Source of the DNA: Nitrospirota bacterium
GTDB taxonomy: Bacteria > Nitrospirota > Thermodesulfovibrionia > Thermodesulfovibrionales > Dissulfurispiraceae
Assembly: GCA_963790025.1 (NCBI GenBank)
Contig: CAWBMP010000004.1
Location: forward strand, 1,504,001-1,568,000
Length of the DNA: 64,000 nt
Direction of reading: 5' to 3'
Both the position numbers and the translations under genes were made by a program. Below the pieces are notes generated by a model. That model saw only the letters and a program-made list of their open reading frames with translations. It made no database searches and was not told the DNA's origin. Below are positions 20,144 through 28,406 of this stretch, in pieces; position 1 is the stretch's first letter; each line of letters starts with the position of its first letter.

Positions 20144-21307
20144 TTAAGAAGATATGCTTTCAACCAGTTTAAGAAAAGCTGCTACCCAAGGTCCCGCAGC
20201 CAAATTTGTTAGTAACCCAGTGATTACAGTTCTGTTTTCAGAAGGCAGCTGGGCTATGGTCTCAGCTAAATGATTAATATTTTCCTGGGTTACTTTATGG
20301 GTGTCAGTTAAATCTTGTACTTGTCGAAGCATGTCCGATAAGCTCCCAGATAGTTCCTCATTCTTATTGGATATGAGAACCTTCAATTCATTTGTCAAAT
20401 TCTGAATTTCACTCATCAATAGTGTGTCAACCCTATATTCCTTATCGCCAAGCACTATTTTACGACCACTCATTTCAAATAGAGCTATAGCTTTATCGAT
20501 TGTCAAGAGAGCACCTCCATCAGAAAACGATGCTCTATTTGCAGGTACCTCATGAGCAATTCTACCCAAAGTGTTTCCTAAAACCGGAGGGCAAGTACAC
20601 ACAGGATTGTTACATTCTTTGCATTTATCAGGATACTCTTCCTTAAATGCTTTTGACAGAGGCTTGCCTCTGTCAGAATAGTGGACTTGGTTTTTCATGT
20701 CAATAAGATTTTGTAAATGCATTAGCCATGCAAAAACATCTGCTGCTTCACTTAAAAAATACCCTGGTGCAACATTAAATACCCGTAATGCCTCTGCGAG
20801 TTCCCCCAATTCTTCAGTAAACCTTGCGAAAGTTGCTGGGTAGTCCTCGACAGCTGACACCGTATAGATTTTTCCGAACATTTGTTGCCATTCTTTCAAA
20901 TTCTTCGGTTTATCTTTTATGTTTGTGTTGCCCAATTCTTGCAATCTATCCCAATCTGGACTGATGGGCAGTTTCTTCATTTCAATGCACTGATCATTAT
21001 CGTGAGGTTTTCGAAGACAGTAAGTACATGCATTTGGGAATTTCCACCATATCATATTCTCTACGCTCTGAACACCGACCTTTCCACAGAGTGTCATCCA
21101 CCATGCTATTGCTTTGGCGACAAATTGTTGAGGGTCAACATTTGCTTTCTTCTTCGAACTTGCTAAAAGACTTAGCGCGCCCATTACCTCAACAAGATGC
21201 GCAAATATCGAGAATTGATCACGGTAAAAATTTCTGTCCAAATAAATAGAATTAACCATACGATATAATTCGTCTAACCCTCTAACTTCCCAATCTTGAC
21301 TTTTCAC
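20144..21307 (-). CDS. Tandem MazG-like NTP pyrophosphohydrolase with Cys-rich motifs and a helical C-terminal extension
   Basis: EELGELAEA...EAADVFAW (EExxE..ExxD) in the second repeat, degenerate first repeat, CTYC..PH...C and CKEC...CTC motifs; GTG start with GGAG RBS. Confidence 0.82.
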   Translation of the reverse strand: MKSQDWEVRGLDELYRMVNSIYLDRNFYRDQFSIFAHLVEVMGALSLLASSKKKANVDPQQFVAKAIAWWMTLCGKVGVQSVENMIWWKFPNACTYCLRKPHDNDQCIEMKKLPISPDWDRLQELGNTNIKDKPKNLKEWQQMFGKIYTVSAVEDYPATFARFTEELGELAEALRVFNVAPGYFLSEAADVFAWLMHLQNLIDMKNQVHYSDRGKPLSKAFKEEYPDKCKECNNPVCTCPPVLGNTLGRIAHEVPANRASFSDGGALLTIDKAIALFEMSGRKIVLGDKEYRVDTLLMSEIQNLTNELKVLISNKNEELSGSLSDMLRQVQDLTDTHKVTQENINHLAETIAQLPSENRTVITGLLTNLAAGPWVAAFLKLVESISS

Positions 21308-21331
21308 GCAATTTCTCCGAAAACGATGCCT

Positions 21332-21349
21332 GATATCTGATCAGATATC
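21332..21349. promoter_or_regulatory. Perfect 18-bp palindrome upstream of the MazG-Tmk cassette (candidate operator)
   Basis: GATATCTGATCAGATATC, ~25 bp before the GTG at 21307. Confidence 0.45.
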
Positions 21350-21534
21350 GTATGAACCTATATCAGAATTAAAGTAGTATAAGATAGCATATTTGCACTA
21401 TCATGGGAAATTATTTCGAAAGGCTCGATATTCAAGCGGACTCGTAAGGTAAATCTTCCATGATAAAATACCTCTATGGAATACCACACCGGTACAAGTA
21501 GGAAAACAGTAGGCGCCCTTGAGATGGGCACAGT

Positions 21535-22580
21535 AGGGGTCAATTCTTTATTATTGACAAATAATTGCAAAATTTGGCAATATTTTTCGTGGCGAGACTA
21601 TTAAGAATTCAGTATCCGGGTGCCCTTTATCACGTAACGAGCAGGGGGAACGAGCGCAGGGAAATATTCAGCAACGATGATGATCGAGAGCACTTTCTGC
21701 AAATTCTTTGCAACTCACTGACCATCTACTCTGTAAAACTATATAGCTATGTACTGATGACGAACCATTTTCATTTATTAGCTGACACGCCCTTGGGCAA
21801 TCTCGGGGAATTCATGAGGCATTTTAATATTACGTATACTGGTTTTTATAACCGTAAATATAATAGGACTGGACATCTTTATCAGGGCAGGTACAAGAGC
21901 ATCCTTGTTGAGAAGGATGAATATCTGTCCATCGTAAGCCGGTATATACATCTCAATCCGGTAAGAACCAAGTCAATGAGGGAAAAGACTGCCGAAGAAA
22001 AAATAAATGACCTATTACAGTACAGATGGAGCAGCCTGTCAGGTTATATTGGTGGGAGAAAAGATCAAATGGTGCAATACGGCTTGGTTTTAGGGGAGTA
22101 TGGGGGAGATAATTATCATGGCCGGCAGGCATACAAAAAAAGGATTCAAAAGGATATAGCAGAGGGGCTGGAAATAAACTCAGGCATACTTGCACAGAGC
22201 GTGCTGGGCGGCCCTGAATTCATCAATATTATTAAAGAGAAATTCATCAAGGGGAAGAAAGACAGAGAAAGTCCGGCCCACAGAGAACTGAAGCGATACA
22301 AGGCTGAAGAAGAAATCATGAAGGTTATTGAGCGGGAAACGGGAATAAGTTTTAAGGAGATCGCTAAATCCAGGGGCGTTATAAGACAAATTGCTATGGA
22401 CATTTTATACCGTATCGGAGGATTGAAAGGGAATGAGATTGGCGAGATATTCAAAGTGGACTACAGCACTGTAAGTCAGGGGAGGAAACGTTTGCGGGAA
22501 CAAATGGAGAAAGATATAAAACTGAAGAATCTTGTTCGGTCTATCGAAGAACAATTGTCAAAATAAAAGAATTGACCCCT
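21535..22580 (+). mobile_element. Y1 HUH transposase element bounded by 26-bp imperfect inverted repeats
   Basis: AGGGGTCAATTCTTTATTATTGACAA (21535-21560) versus reverse complement of 22555-22580, 23/26 identical. Confidence 0.75.
21589..22566 (+). CDS. REP-associated tyrosine transposase-like protein (Y1_Tnp) with C-terminal DnaA_C-like HTH
   Basis: MARLLRIQYPGALYHVTSRGNER, YVLMTNHFHLL (HUH), GHLYQGRYKS, YIHLNPVR, YRWSS; likely GTG start at 21589. Confidence 0.9.
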   Translation: MARLLRIQYPGALYHVTSRGNERREIFSNDDDREHFLQILCNSLTIYSVKLYSYVLMTNHFHLLADTPLGNLGEFMRHFNITYTGFYNRKYNRTGHLYQGRYKSILVEKDEYLSIVSRYIHLNPVRTKSMREKTAEEKINDLLQYRWSSLSGYIGGRKDQMVQYGLVLGEYGGDNYHGRQAYKKRIQKDIAEGLEINSGILAQSVLGGPEFINIIKEKFIKGKKDRESPAHRELKRYKAEEEIMKVIERETGISFKEIAKSRGVIRQIAMDILYRIGGLKGNEIGEIFKVDYSTVSQGRKRLREQMEKDIKLKNLVRSIEEQLSK

Positions 22581-22778
22581 TTGAATCGCGTGAGCAGGTC
22601 GCGCCGACATTCTCAAAAACCCGCTTGCATTTTGAGATTCCAATAGTTAATATTTAAAGGACTTAGATCAGATGATTTTACTGTCTCTAAATCTGGTATT
22701 TTGTAGACAACGAAAATTTGAGAACATCTAATATCTGAGAACGATCAAAACTGCAGGTCAACAGGAGCATGTGCTCAC

Positions 22779-23321
22779 ATGAAAAAAATGCAGCTCAGTA
22801 AAGCGTTCACGCTGATAGAATCTGGTCCGGTTGTTCTTGTTACGACAAGTAACGGAAAGAAAGACAATATAATGACGATCTCGTGGACCATGGTGATGGA
22901 CTTTACGCCGATCTTTGCCATAACCACTGGGCCATGGAACTACTCGTATGCCGCACTTCGGAAATTTAAGGAATGTGTAATTTCAATTCCCACTGTTGAC
23001 CTTCTTGATAAGGTCGTTGGTGTGGGAACATGTTCCGGCGTTGACACGGACAAATTTGAAAAGTTCCGGCTGACTCCTGTGAAGGGAAAGTATGTTAGGT
23101 CGCCCTTGATTAAGGAATGCCTGGCGAATATCGAATGTAAAGTTATCGACATCGTCCAAAGGCACAATATCGTTGTCCTCGAAGGTGTCGCTGCTTACTT
23201 TGACAGTTCGCGAAAAGAGAAGCGAACCGTTCACGCAATTGGCGATGGAACCTTTATAGTGGATGGGCGCAGGTTAGACCGAAAGAAAATGATGCAGACA
23301 AAGATTCCAGCTGGGCTTTAG
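22779..23321 (+). CDS. Flavin reductase-like FMN-binding protein
   Basis: GPVVLVTT, NIMTISW, G.CSG...DKF, PLIKECLANIECKV. Confidence 0.88.
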   Translation: MKKMQLSKAFTLIESGPVVLVTTSNGKKDNIMTISWTMVMDFTPIFAITTGPWNYSYAALRKFKECVISIPTVDLLDKVVGVGTCSGVDTDKFEKFRLTPVKGKYVRSPLIKECLANIECKVIDIVQRHNIVVLEGVAAYFDSSRKEKRTVHAIGDGTFIVDGRRLDRKKMMQTKIPAGL

Positions 23322-23487
23322 TTCCGTGCCGAATTTTGGGGATTCTATTGTTACTCCCCTATAACAGGATCGATCTCGTGGGTGTGGTGGTGGGACAAGT
23401 CTGACCCCATTTGCATCAAACGGCAAAATATCGAGTGCAACCTGTGCCATCTTGCTCCTGTTTGGGTGCATAATATCCATATCAAAA

Positions 23488-23646
23488 TCATATAATGCAA
23501 CACGCGCGACCACACATACCAGCGGGCTCTGGGGTTCTGGCTGTTAGTACATAGCTTTCGTCAATCTTACATCGCGCTGAACCTGGACAGATTCCAGATT
23601 CTGTGCGAACGTCAACAGCCACGCATTTTATTGTGTAGTTTGCCAT
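23488..23646 (-). pseudogene. TIGR04076-like small Cys protein, apparently 3'-truncated
   Basis: Strong RBS AAGGAGG; MANYTIKC...GICPG...C......TP...GMCGRA, then an early stop. Confidence 0.45.
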
Positions 23647-23843
23647 CTCACTTTCCTCCTTATGACGGTAATAAATGATTATAAGAATCCTAACCTCGAC
23701 AGAGCCGCTTTGGCAATATGTTTCACTAATTCCCGTAGAAACTGTTAGTGAAGGCCGTCTACTCAAGTACGCGGACTGCTGTGAGCAGCCGAGTTAGCAG
23801 ATGTCATGTCCGGAAGCTGCCGCGCCTGCATGCAATAAAGAAT

Positions 23844-24320
<477 letters not shown>

Positions 24321-24505
24321 TCACAGCAGTAATGTTTGCGACGACTGCCTGTTATTGTGAGGAAGCATTTCTGCAGGCTTGCTTGAATGGGCTATTGATA
24401 CGTTTTCAGGCTTATACCTGTCAGGCCGGAATTGCCTTTCTCTTTGCCGTGCACTATAGTAGTTATGAAAACCATAATGTCGAAAATTATGAAAGAAGGA
24501 GAGTT

Positions 24506-25081
24506 ATGGAATCCAAGAAGTTTGACCCGAAGAAACTCGAAAAGCTCAATGATCCTCAAAGACTTACCTACATGAATCCTGATGTCGTGTGGAATGCCTT
24601 GAATTTGATGAATCCTCAGGTATTGGTGGACATTGGGGCAGGTACCGGCTTTTTTTCAGTGCTCTTCAGTGATCGCATTAGGGACGGCAAAGTATATTCC
24701 TGTGATATCTCGGATGTCATGATCGAATGGATGAAAGAAAACCTCCCGCAGAAGTACGGAGATAAGATAATCCCCCTCAAAATAGAAGAAAGCGCTGTTC
24801 CTCTGCCCGATGCTATGGCCGATCTGGTGTATATGATCAATCTCCACCATGAGCTTGAAGAGCCTGAAAGGATAATTTCGGAATCCTTTCGTCTTCTGCG
24901 ACACGGCGGCAAACTGATGATCATAGATTGGAAAAAAGAAGAGACACCTCAAGGGCCGCCGCTTTCGATACGGGTGGAAGAGGAGACGATTATATCCCAG
25001 ATGAAGCAGGGCCGATTCTCAAGCATTGCCAGCCATAAAATGCTGCCATATCATAATTTTGTTGTGGGAGAGAAATTATAG
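24506..25081 (+). CDS. Class I SAM-dependent methyltransferase
   Basis: VDIGAGTGFF motif I, LHHE, GGKLMIIDW, GPP; ATG at 24506 after GGAG. Confidence 0.87.
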   Translation: MESKKFDPKKLEKLNDPQRLTYMNPDVVWNALNLMNPQVLVDIGAGTGFFSVLFSDRIRDGKVYSCDISDVMIEWMKENLPQKYGDKIIPLKIEESAVPLPDAMADLVYMINLHHELEEPERIISESFRLLRHGGKLMIIDWKKEETPQGPPLSIRVEEETIISQMKQGRFSSIASHKMLPYHNFVVGEKL

Positions 25082-25245
25082 ACTTAATCAATTTGTGACA
25101 AGCTTTAAGAAATTCGAGGGTCATGTCTACACATTTCACAAATTAACTCCCTGTTCTGTAAAATTTTTAGATCTCATCCTTTGTAACTCAAGCAATCATT
25201 TTGATCGTAAGACGTTTTTTCAATTGGTAGTGCGGAGCAATTATA

Positions 25246-25596
25246 CTATAACTCGGGAGCGAATGAAGGCACCAGACAAACAATTACCAGCGGTTCGGTG
25301 CCGGTGTTGCGGATCTGATGCTCCACTTTGCCGGGAATGAACACAACGCTGCCGGCTCTGACCGGATTCCATTTTCCGTCGCATAATACTTCGCCCTGCC
25401 CGGCGTGGTAGAACATCTCATGCTCCCAATCATGGCTGTGTTTCGGTGTGTGACCACCAGTGGTAATCTCGAAGACTCGCATGCAAAAATTGGTGGCTCC
25501 GTCAGCTTTGCCGATCACAACACGGGCTGCGATACTTTTCGCCTTGTCATTATTGAACAGGGTTGGTGTGATCTCGGAATATTGTATAGTCTTCAT
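25246..25596 (-). CDS. Cupin domain protein
   Basis: F.MRVFE...GGHTP.HSHDWEHE, FIP...EHQ..N. Confidence 0.9.
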   Translation of the reverse strand: MKTIQYSEITPTLFNNDKAKSIAARVVIGKADGATNFCMRVFEITTGGHTPKHSHDWEHEMFYHAGQGEVLCDGKWNPVRAGSVVFIPGKVEHQIRNTGTEPLVIVCLVPSFAPEL

Positions 25597-25707
25597 AAAG
25601 TGCCCTCCTACGTTATGAAAAAATTTAAACATATTATAGCAAATAATAAAAAGGCTGAAATCGTGGTAAATGGGTGGATGGTGAACTGAGAGTCTGTCGA
25701 TCCGCAG

Positions 25708-26055
25708 CTACCAGTTCCTGGCTGTTTTCCTGAACTTATCTATAAAGTGATACAACGCAAGGATGGGATGCCTGTAAGTCATGTGAGGGCCTGAAAACCG
25801 CATAACATCTTTCACTTTGTCACGCATGGCAGGTTTATAGCAGTGCACAGGACATTTTGCACATGTGGTCTTTTTTTCCTGAAAAGGACAGGTTGCAAGA
25901 CGGGTCCTCGCATATTTCATCAATTCTTCGCAGTCGGAACAAAGTGAATCTCTCGTCTCGTGTTTAAGGCTGCAATAAATCGTTACCATCGCAAAGAATG
26001 TCTTTTCTTCTCGCGCCATTCTCGGATGATATTGAGACATCGATGCTATTTTCAT
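25708..26055 (-). CDS. YgbA / nitrous-oxide-stimulated promoter family protein
   Basis: RE..T...M..IYC...H, LC..C..L..YA..RL..CP, C..C..HCY, MRFSGP. Confidence 0.87.
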   Translation of the reverse strand: MKIASMSQYHPRMAREEKTFFAMVTIYCSLKHETRDSLCSDCEELMKYARTRLATCPFQEKKTTCAKCPVHCYKPAMRDKVKDVMRFSGPHMTYRHPILALYHFIDKFRKTARNW

Positions 26056-26230
26056 GCTTTATTCTAACACTCTAATAACCCGTTCCGAAATCTTCGGCCT
26101 CCACCCATTCGCCTCATTCAGCTTATAAGTCTATAATGAAACTGTCCCGTCGGTGAAAGGCGGAATATAAAACTGACAGAATGTGAATTTTACCTTGACC
26201 TACGAGTATTATATGTAGTATTTTCCTCAC

Positions 26231-27166
26231 ATGAGCAGATGTCGTATCATTTTATCTTTATTCATTGTTCTTTCAATGCTTGCTGTTAGTCCTGCTTTTG
26301 CGGAAGTTGTTGCCTTCACAAAAGAATACACATATCAGGCAAGTGAATTTGACAGTAAGGCATCGTCTCGCACAATTGCAATAGAGCAGGTTAAGCGACT
26401 TTTGTTGGAAGAGTTGGGCACGTATCTGGAGGGGCAGACTGAAGTTAGGAATTTTGAAATGTCCAAAGATAAAATCACTGCTCTTACGGCTGGTATTGTT
26501 AAAGCCGAGATTATCGATGAAAAATGGGACGGAAAGAATTACTGGTTGAAAGCAGTGGTGAAAGCCGATCCAGTTAGTGTGGCGCGGTCTCTTGATGACC
26601 TGAGAAAAAATAAAAGCAAAATGGCTGATATGGAAGAAGTACAGGCAAAGCAAGATGCAGCATTAAAAGAAATAGAGCGGCTGAAAAGCGAGATGGCATC
26701 ATTAAAAAAAGATATTAAAGACCAGGAAAGATTTAACAGATCCATAGCAGTTCTGGATAGGGGGGGCGGGCCTAATCAAAGCCTTTCTTCATCGAGGATT
26801 GGCCAAGTTCCCCCGGCTCAAAAACGTCCGGATCCATGCAAAGAGGATGTGCGGGAGTTTTGTTCTGACGTTACCCGTGGAGGCGGAAAGATCGTCAAAT
26901 GTTTGAAAGAGCACAGGCAGGAGTTGAGCCAGGCATGTAGGAATGCACTCGAACACGGGATGAAACCACGTAGAACAGAAGCAGCTCAGGTGGGGCAGGC
27001 AGGCGGATCCCACTTTGGACCTCCTCCGGAAGCTTATGAGGCATGCGAAGGCAAGAGTGAGGGAAGTCCGGCAAAGTTTGTAAATCCACGCGGAGAGACG
27101 GTGAAGGGAACCTGCGAAGAAGAAGACGGAAAACTGGTACTCCGACCGAATAATCGCAATCGGTAG
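26231..27166 (+). CDS. Secreted multidomain hypothetical protein (coiled coil, Cys-rich repeat, C-terminal PPPEA Cys domain)
   Basis: Signal peptide ending AFA; CKEDVREFC...GGGKIVKCL......LSQAC; PPPEAYEACEGK...GTC. Confidence 0.65.
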   Translation: MSRCRIILSLFIVLSMLAVSPAFAEVVAFTKEYTYQASEFDSKASSRTIAIEQVKRLLLEELGTYLEGQTEVRNFEMSKDKITALTAGIVKAEIIDEKWDGKNYWLKAVVKADPVSVARSLDDLRKNKSKMADMEEVQAKQDAALKEIERLKSEMASLKKDIKDQERFNRSIAVLDRGGGPNQSLSSSRIGQVPPAQKRPDPCKEDVREFCSDVTRGGGKIVKCLKEHRQELSQACRNALEHGMKPRRTEAAQVGQAGGSHFGPPPEAYEACEGKSEGSPAKFVNPRGETVKGTCEEEDGKLVLRPNNRNR

Positions 27167-27297
27167 AAACAGGTAAATGACATTGCCATCAACGCCTTTT
27201 GCCGGCCTCAACTTTATTCATCCCTTCGAAATTGACAACTAGACGCTGCTCTGTGACTAAGATAGGTACAAACAACACGATATAAGCTGCAAATACC

Positions 27298-27651
27298 ATG
27301 TTTTACAAAGTTCTTGCAGATATAGTTGTTCTGACCCATTTCCTGTGGATAGTATTTCTGATTTTTGGCGCTTTTTTAGGAGTGCGAAACAGATTGATTA
27401 AGATCGTCCATATCTCTGGACTCGTTCTTGCCTTTATCGTTGAGTTGTTTGATTTGTACTGCCCCCTTACCTACATCGAGATATGGTTAAAGTCAAGATA
27501 TGAACCAACCGTGGCTTATACGGGTTCGTTTATCATCCACTACATTGAAAAGATCATATATTGTGAGACTCCCCCGCATCTGATCATTATAGCCACTGTT
27601 TTGCTGTGTGCGTTTAACTCATGGGCATACTACAGAAAAAGGGACGGATGA
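27298..27651 (+). CDS. DUF2784 membrane protein
   Basis: LAD.VV..HF..I.F...G, CPLT..E.WL, FI.HYIE..IY. Confidence 0.85.
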   Translation: MFYKVLADIVVLTHFLWIVFLIFGAFLGVRNRLIKIVHISGLVLAFIVELFDLYCPLTYIEIWLKSRYEPTVAYTGSFIIHYIEKIIYCETPPHLIIIATVLLCAFNSWAYYRKRDG

Positions 27652-27654
27652 AGC

Positions 27655-28344
27655 ATGAAAGGCTTTTTTTACAATCTGTCCAAAAATATAATGAAATGCT
27701 TTGGAGGTTATTATCTCCTCTGGCATCTCCTGGCGATTATCCTTACATACATTATAGTAACTTCAGGCTTTGACTGGCTTTACTTCGAATCTTCCAGAAG
27801 TTCTCTTTTGCGATCGCTTCTCTTTCCTGCTGTCAGGCTTGGTGGTCGTCTGCCGATTATTGTACCGCTTGTTCTCTATGCCAGCGGCAAACTTGGCGGG
27901 AATATGAAAGCCATTAATACAGCCTTGGCCTTGGGCCAATCAGTTGTCAGCGGTTTGCTCATTGCTTCTTTTTACAAAGCATTTACAGGAAGGGTGCATC
28001 CGCCGCGATTGCTCACACCAGTTACGATCGATATCAGCCATGAGTTCAGGTTCGGATTTCTGCGTGGTGGAGTATTCTGGGGCTGGCCATCTTCTCACAC
28101 CACGATTGCCTTTGCTATGGCTGTAACGCTATTAATGTTGTATCCGGAAAATAAGGTTGTAAGATATCTTTCACTTTTTTATGCGTTCTACGTAGGATTA
28201 GCAGTATCTATAAGCATTCATTGGTTTTCCGATTTTCTTGCCGGTGCCATTATTGGTTCGGTAATTGGAGTCGTTGTGGGAAAATGTTTTCGTGAATACA
28301 CCGAAGATACAACGTTATTTTCTAAAAGAAACCTTTGGTCTTGA
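27655..28344 (+). CDS. PAP2-family membrane phosphatase
   Basis: K..TGR..P, PSSHT, HWFSD..AG. Confidence 0.85.
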   Translation: MKGFFYNLSKNIMKCFGGYYLLWHLLAIILTYIIVTSGFDWLYFESSRSSLLRSLLFPAVRLGGRLPIIVPLVLYASGKLGGNMKAINTALALGQSVVSGLLIASFYKAFTGRVHPPRLLTPVTIDISHEFRFGFLRGGVFWGWPSSHTTIAFAMAVTLLMLYPENKVVRYLSLFYAFYVGLAVSISIHWFSDFLAGAIIGSVIGVVVGKCFREYTEDTTLFSKRNLWS

Positions 28345-28406
28345 GTTACAACTCTCTTGTGAGTATAACTGAGCATCTGTTATAGGCTTGCTCATTGCGA
28401 AAACGT

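Noticed and set aside
23488..23490. TGA of the small Cys-rich ORF as selenocysteine
   Set aside because: Not at a conserved Cys position, no convincing SECIS, and read-through is not family-like
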